Virus record (IMG/VR): IMGVR_UViG_3300003279_000006
Location: 1 to 56,978 of that record
DNA from: a virus
Taxonomy: Duplodnaviria > Caudoviricetes
DNA length: 56,978 nt
Strand: one strand, 5' to 3'
A model generated the notes under the pieces. That model was not told the origin of the DNA. It made no database searches and saw only the letters and a list, made by a program, of their open reading frames with translations. The position numbers were made by a program, and so were the translations under genes. Below are positions 55,020 through 56,978 of the stretch, in pieces; the first letter of the stretch is position 1; each line of letters starts with the position of its first letter.

Positions 55020-55705
55020 TCCGACGGCTCCGCCGATCCCAGTTCGATCGTATCCGACTGCAATCGCACCTGCGGCTTCCCGTCGGGGGCGAATTCCAGC
55101 TTCCCGAACGCCCGAACCCAGTCAGCCCCGAGCACTTCGACTGCGAGTTCCCCCGCCTCTCGGTTTCCGGGGCCGCCGGAGGCCCGTTGGGCCTTCCCGT
55201 CCGAGTCGGCGATGTAACCCAGCTGGAGCTCCGGCATCTCCAGCAGTTCCTCCAGCTCGTTCCCCGTCCCCTGCAACCGGGCCGACAACATCTCGTGCTC
55301 GGTCACCGGGACCTGGGTCGCCGGCACCACCCAGACGGAAATCGCCTTCGCGTCGTAGGGGTTCTCCGGTTCGGGGCGTAGCCCCAATTCCGCTCCGGCT
55401 GGCAAATGCTCCAGCACCTGCTTCGCAGGCGGCCGGAAGTGCATCCCGACCAGCGGGACGACGATCGACTTGATATTCGACATAGCCTTGACTCCAGTTG
55501 TAGCCTGTTGAAAACCCACGAAAACATCGTGGCCGTCTTGACGGTCGAGTTGCCCGTCAAGGTAGTGCCTGCCCTTGGAACACTCCACGAACAGATCACC
55601 TCTGTGGTCGCCCTTCACAGGGCAACAAGCATTTGGCTGGATGTAGTCAAACCCACCGTCCGCAACCAGCAGCGTTCCGGGGAGACATCCTGGACTCGAA
55701 CCCAT
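55016..55705 (-). CDS. HIRAN-domain protein (internal start at 55483 likely)
   Basis: LVGMHFR..LRPEPENPYDAKAISV..LGYI. Confidence 0.8.
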   Translation of the reverse strand: MGSSPGCLPGTLLVADGGFDYIQPNACCPVKGDHRGDLFVECSKGRHYLDGQLDRQDGHDVFVGFQQATTGVKAMSNIKSIVVPLVGMHFRPPAKQVLEHLPAGAELGLRPEPENPYDAKAISVWVVPATQVPVTEHEMLSARLQGTGNELEELLEMPELQLGYIADSDGKAQRASGGPGNREAGELAVEVLGADWVRAFGKLEFAPDGKPQVRLQSDTIELGSAEPSE

Positions 55706-55721
55706 GATTTAAATGGAGCGT

Positions 55722-56021
55722 TCATCCCTCGGACTCCAGATTGTCGATATCGGGGTGCAAAATGCTCGGTCGTTCGGTCGCTTCCGGCAGTTCTACTCCA
55801 GGCTTTGTCCGCCTACGGGAGGCCAAGATCACCCTGGCTTTTTCCATATTCTCCTCGGTGAGAAGATCACTTAGTTCGATCTGTCCATATGCCGAGAGCC
55901 CCCGCAGGAACTTCCTCCAGTCTTCCACCCGCTGTGCCTGACGATCTGCCGCATCCGCAGCTTCTTCGGTCTGATGCAGCCCGCCTTTGGCGTCCATGAA
56001 CGCTGTGATTGCCTTGGCCAT
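55722..56021 (-). CDS. hypothetical protein
   Basis: GGAGG RBS; MAKAITAFMDAKG. Confidence 0.7.
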   Translation of the reverse strand: MAKAITAFMDAKGGLHQTEEAADAADRQAQRVEDWRKFLRGLSAYGQIELSDLLTEENMEKARVILASRRRTKPGVELPEATERPSILHPDIDNLESEG

Positions 56022-56024
56022 GGG

Positions 56025-56231
56025 TTAGTCCTCCAGCCCTGTCGGGGTCTTCGGCTCTGTCGACTCTCCACGTTCCATTGTCTGGGCGCTGGTAAGCGCC
56101 GCCAGCGCCTTCTTTCGCCTCGCCAGATGCCATTCATTCCGGCAAGTGCCGGAGCAGAACCGCTTGTGTGGGGCAGCCACTGGCCGCTCGATGGGTTTTG
56201 TGCAGTTTGCGCAACTGGGTTGTTCAGGCAT
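56025..56231 (-). CDS. small zinc-finger protein
   Basis: CANC..FCSGTCR. Confidence 0.7.
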   Translation of the reverse strand: MPEQPSCANCTKPIERPVAAPHKRFCSGTCRNEWHLARRKKALAALTSAQTMERGESTEPKTPTGLED

Positions 56232-56500
56232 CAGACTGTTCCTTTGCTGGAATCCTTGGAAGGGGCCACCACCACCTTCGCTGGTTTCATAAACGCGATC
56301 AGGCCGTTTAGGGTCTGTTGCTTTGCTAAAGCAATTTGCCTCAGTCGTGGTCTAAGTCCAAGCCGAGAAGCTTCCGCTACATACCTCTGAGCCTCTGTCT
56401 CCATCAGCTTCACCGCCTCGTTCCAGGCTTCCTGTGCAGTTCGCACTTCAACCACCAGCATTGGTATTCTCCGATCCACTGTTTTTGGATTAAAGTCCAA
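56231..56500 (-). CDS. hypothetical protein
   Basis: Coupled ORF. Confidence 0.55.
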   Translation of the reverse strand: MDFNPKTVDRRIPMLVVEVRTAQEAWNEAVKLMETEAQRYVAEASRLGLRPRLRQIALAKQQTLNGLIAFMKPAKVVVAPSKDSSKGTV

Positions 56501-56978
56501 GTTCGTCTACGGACTTGAGGCTCGCCATCGTGACCAGCGGTCGGGGGAACCAAGCATCGGCTCGCTTCTGAAAATGTTCCCGTTCCTGCTGCATCCCGGC
56601 GATAGCCTGCTCATTCTGGGCAATGCCCCAGCGTTTCTCCCGTTCCCAAATGGCCCGCTGTGCGGTCCCGGGCTCACCCCGCTCGATGATATTGAACTTC
56701 TTAGTCTTGTTATGCCAAACCCGGAGTGATTGGTTCCATCCCTGTGCTTCGCGCAGGACCAACTGCCGGTCAACAATCAGCCGATCGAGCCTGCTCACCC
56801 AGGCGACAACAATTCGATTGCTGAGTTCGTAAGAAAGTTCCCGAGCGCCAAGGCAACTCGCCGTCTGGACCCCGTGCCAATTGCTCGGCCTCTGGTATCC
56901 GTGGTGGGCCAGCACTCCGAAGGCATCATGCGCGATTGCCCGCCCGCAAATCTGGCACTCCGCCCTGGGCGGGTCGGA
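56490..56978 (-). CDS. Zn-binding hypothetical protein; starts at position 18 across the circular junction
   Basis: MSEYQK (18..1) joins SDPPRAECQICGR..LAHHGYQRP..QTASC in one frame. Confidence 0.8.
   Translation of the reverse strand, partial: SDPPRAECQICGRAIAHDAFGVLAHHGYQRPSNWHGVQTASCLGARELSYELSNRIVVAWVSRLDRLIVDRQLVLREAQGWNQSLRVWHNKTKKFNIIERGEPGTAQRAIWEREKRWGIAQNEQAIAGMQQEREHFQKRADAWFPRPLVTMASLKSVDELGL

Larger units (their letters stand above)
1..56978. mobile_element. Complete (circularly permuted) P22-like podovirus genome
   Basis: TerL-portal-scaffold-coat-gp4-gp10-ejection gene order plus a phage replication module; no host housekeeping genes; one ORF reads through the end/start junction. 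Confidence 0.9.

Noticed and set aside
1-56978. tRNA genes, integrase/prophage boundaries, stop-codon recoding
   Set aside because: No cloverleaf or recombinase motif was recognised, there are no host genes, and core genes are intact in the standard code

Overview
The window is a GC-rich tailed dsDNA phage genome with a P22-like (podovirus) head and tail module. It is very probably complete and circularly permuted: a minus-strand gene starting at 18 reads in frame across the 1/56978 junction. From about 5.4 to 36.2 kb the + strand carries membrane/lysis-type genes, a putative small terminase, tailspike/fibre and Ig-like genes, TerL, portal, a lytic-transglycosylase-like and an ADP-ribosyltransferase-like protein, scaffold, P22-type coat, gp4- and gp10-like tail proteins and ejection proteins. 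From about 36.5 kb through the junction to 2.6 kb the - strand carries replication, recombination and nucleotide-metabolism genes: DUF3987 ATPase, family A polymerase, HAD, ATP ligase, MazG-like, deoxyribosyltransferase-like, UDG-exonuclease, ParB-methylase, SSB, AAA ATPase, Cas4/AddB-like nuclease, GHKL ATPase, UvrD, HIRAN and HNH. A regulatory region at 2.6-5.4 kb holds two promoter-gene-terminator cassettes. Highlights: (1) a DNA polymerase split inside its proofreading domain, with six genes between the halves and no intein; (2) a gp10-like tail hub whose N-terminal ~50 residues now head a separate propeller-like protein; (3) a family of intergenic TCAACC(A/G)TTGAAC elements, including two inverted 43-bp copies bracketing the morphogenesis block; (4) abundant GNA-triloop (GCGAAGC) hairpins in a genome with no recognisable primase, RNA polymerase, integrase or classical endolysin. 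All family calls come from motif recognition by eye, not from database searches.
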